From the NCBI GenBank assembly GCA_963732595.1, contig CAVSZZ010000001.1, forward strand, positions 287,007-351,006: a stretch of 64,000 nt of DNA. The letters run 5' to 3'. The translations under genes and the position numbers were made by a program. Under the pieces are notes generated by a model. That model was given only the letters and a program-made list of their open reading frames with translations. It was not told the DNA's origin and ran no database searches. The stretch is from an uncultured Chloroflexia bacterium. Lineage in GTDB: Bacteria > Chloroflexota > Anaerolineae > Anaerolineales > Anaerolineaceae. Positions 62,315 through 64,000 of this stretch are shown piece after piece. Positions within the stretch are counted from its first letter, which is position 1, and each line of letters starts with the position of its first letter.

Positions 62315-64000
62315 ATGCAATTCGGTCATTTCGACGACGAACAAAAAGAATATGTGATCACCCGCCCGGATACTCCCCAATCCTGGAGCAACTACCTTGG
62401 GTCGACCGAATACGGCGCCATCATCACGAACAACGCCGGGGGGTATGGCTTCTACCGCAGCGGTGCGAAAGGCCGCTTCCTGCGCCTGCGCTTCAACAGC
62501 GTGCCGATGGACCAACCGGGACGATACTTCTACCTGCGCGACCATGATAGCGGCGATTACTGGTCGGCATCCTGGCAGCCAGTCGGCAAGCCGCTTGAGC
62601 AATACAGCAGCACCTGCCGCCACGGCACCGCCTACACCATCCTGACCTCACAATACAGCGATATCACCAGCGAGACCACCTATTTCGTGCCGCTCGGCCA
62701 GGCGTTCGAATACTGGCGCTTGAAGTTGACCAATACCGGCAAGACATCCCGCCAGATCTCGGTCTTCAGTTTCTGCGAGTTCACCAACCAGTGGGACACC
62801 CAGCAGGACCAGGTGAATTTACAATATTCACTTTTCATCGTGCGGGGTGAATTGACGGATGACAAGCTCTTGCGAATCGCCATCCAGGACAATCTCACCA
62901 GAGCTGATAGCGACGACTTCGTCTCGGATATCGCCCGCCACACCTGGATGGGTCTGGCCGGCGCTGAGATTGCCGGATACGACACCAGTCGCGAAGCTTT
63001 TCTGGGCACCTACCGCGGCTACCACAACCCGCTGGCGGTCGAACAGGGCAGGACTTCCAACAGCCAGGCTTACGGCGACAATGCCTGCGGAGCTCTGCAA
63101 TCCGACCTGGTCATCCCACCCGGTGAAAGCTGCGAGATGGTCCTGTTGCTGGGTATCGGGGATGCCCGGACGATTGGATTGAAAACATTCAAGGAATTCG
63201 GTTCACTTGAGCGCTGCCAACACGAGTTGGAGCAACTCAAGTCCCACTGGCATGAAAAACTGGAATGCCTTTCAGTTCAGACACCGGATGAGGAATTCAA
63301 CCACACCATCAATGTCTGGGGGCTTTACAACAGCCTGATCTCCTTTGCCTGGTCGCGTTCCGCCAGCCTGGTCTACAACGGTGAGCGGGACGGCTTGGGT
63401 TTCCGGGATTCCGTACAAGACGTGCTGGGAGTGGCGGCTGCCATGCCGGTTGAGGCCGGGTTACGCCTGGAACTGATGCTGACCGGCCAGCTGGCCAACG
63501 GTGGCGCACTACCGATCGTCAAACCCTTCGGTCATCACCCGGGCCAGACCCCCCCGCCCCCTGACGAGGAATACCGATCGGATGATTGCCTGTGGTTCTT
63601 TAACGCCATCCCGGCTTATGTGGCCGAAACCGGCGACCTGGCCTTCTACCAGAAGGTCCTGCCCTATGCCGACCGGGGTGAAGCCAGTGTCTTGGGGCAC
63701 CTGCGGCGCGCATTGGAATTCAACCTTGAGCGCAAGGGAAAGAACGGCCTGCCCTGCGGACTTGCGGCGGACTGGAATGACTGCCTCCGGCTCGGTTATC
63801 ACGGCGAAAGCGTTTTTGTCGCTTTCCAGGTGCGCATGGGTCTGGGTATCTATGCAGAGATCGCCGCTTTGCAGGAACAGCCGGAAGAGGAAGAGTGGGC
63901 ATACGAACAACGTCAAATCCTGGATCAAGCCATCCTGAAATGCACCTGGGATGGCGCCTGGTTCATCTGGGCCATCGGGGAGGATGGCACAGTTTACGGC
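62315..64000 (+). CDS. Second GH94 glycoside phosphorylase (cellodextrin/cellobiose phosphorylase-like), 3'-truncated by the window end
   Basis: Not in the ORF track because it has no stop in the window. The frame from the ATG at 62315 is open to 64000 and reads MQFGHFDDEQKEYVITRPDTPQSWSNYLG ... GLGFRDSVQD ... GLAADWNDCL. It is a paralogue of 50361-52811. Confidence 0.85.
   Translation, partial: MQFGHFDDEQKEYVITRPDTPQSWSNYLGSTEYGAIITNNAGGYGFYRSGAKGRFLRLRFNSVPMDQPGRYFYLRDHDSGDYWSASWQPVGKPLEQYSSTCRHGTAYTILTSQYSDITSETTYFVPLGQAFEYWRLKLTNTGKTSRQISVFSFCEFTNQWDTQQDQVNLQYSLFIVRGELTDDKLLRIAIQDNLTRADSDDFVSDIARHTWMGLAGAEIAGYDTSREAFLGTYRGYHNPLAVEQGRTSNSQAYGDNACGALQSDLVIPPGESCEMVLLLGIGDARTIGLKTFKEFGSLERCQHELEQLKSHWHEKLECLSVQTPDEEFNHTINVWGLYNSLISFAWSRSASLVYNGERDGLGFRDSVQDVLGVAAAMPVEAGLRLELMLTGQLANGGALPIVKPFGHHPGQTPPPPDEEYRSDDCLWFFNAIPAYVAETGDLAFYQKVLPYADRGEASVLGHLRRALEFNLERKGKNGLPCGLAADWNDCLRLGYHGESVFVAFQVRMGLGIYAEIAALQEQPEEEEWAYEQRQILDQAILKCTWDGAWFIWAIGEDGTVYG

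Noticed and set aside
1-64000. Search for tRNA, rRNA, transposase, integrase, toxin-antitoxin or phage genes.
   Set aside because: No cloverleaf-like or rRNA-like sequence and no DDE, tyrosine-recombinase or serine-recombinase motifs were recognised in any intergenic region or ORF translation. This by-eye scan cannot exclude small RNAs.

Overview
This is a 64-kb window of a bacterial chromosome at roughly 55-58% G+C. I recognised no rRNA, tRNA, CRISPR array, transposase or integrase. The gene content looks Chloroflexota/Anaerolineae-like: CSLREA/choice-of-anchor-Q type beta-helix exoproteins, Pro/Thr-rich linkers, a class I xylose isomerase and strong AGGAGG-type RBSs. That taxonomic placement is inference only.

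Blocks:
1. 1-2555: ABC-2 exporter, with the ATPase tail and two permeases.
2. 2639-7610: three tandem secreted beta-helix paralogues.
3. 7773-13975: a flippase-like membrane protein with an extracytoplasmic N-domain, plus an asymmetric heterodimeric ABC exporter.
4. 14157-25599: mixed genes. These are an ArsB/NhaD-type permease with a CBS protein, a PAS/GAF/HD-GYP sensor, an Sfp-type PPTase, a SufS-like desulfurase, a DsbA-like protein, a pyrophosphatase, and a GAF-histidine kinase with an OmpR-type regulator.
5. 25802-36995: a tightly packed eight-gene redox operon. It contains NuoE-like, NuoF/HydB-like and NuoG-N-terminal-like ferredoxin proteins, an HdrA-MvhD fusion, an FrhB-family protein, a split GltB-like GXGXG + FMN module, and a PEP/pyruvate-binding ATP-grasp protein. 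This is the best candidate for an uncharacterised system, a possible flavin-based electron-bifurcating oxidoreductase.
6. 36996-38344: a 1.35-kb AT-rich, hairpin-rich non-coding island between convergent genes.
7. 38345-44237: GH4, two tandem metallophosphoesterases, a nucleoside phosphorylase and a GT-C membrane glycosyltransferase.
8. 44298-64000: a cello-/xylo-oligosaccharide locus. It holds LacI and ROK regulators with recognisable operators, an ABC importer without an ATPase, two GH94 phosphorylases, two GH3, one GH1, xylA, xylB and an AKR.

At least ten single-base frameshifts interrupt otherwise well-conserved genes. I have merged those genes and flagged them as pseudogene or assembly indel.
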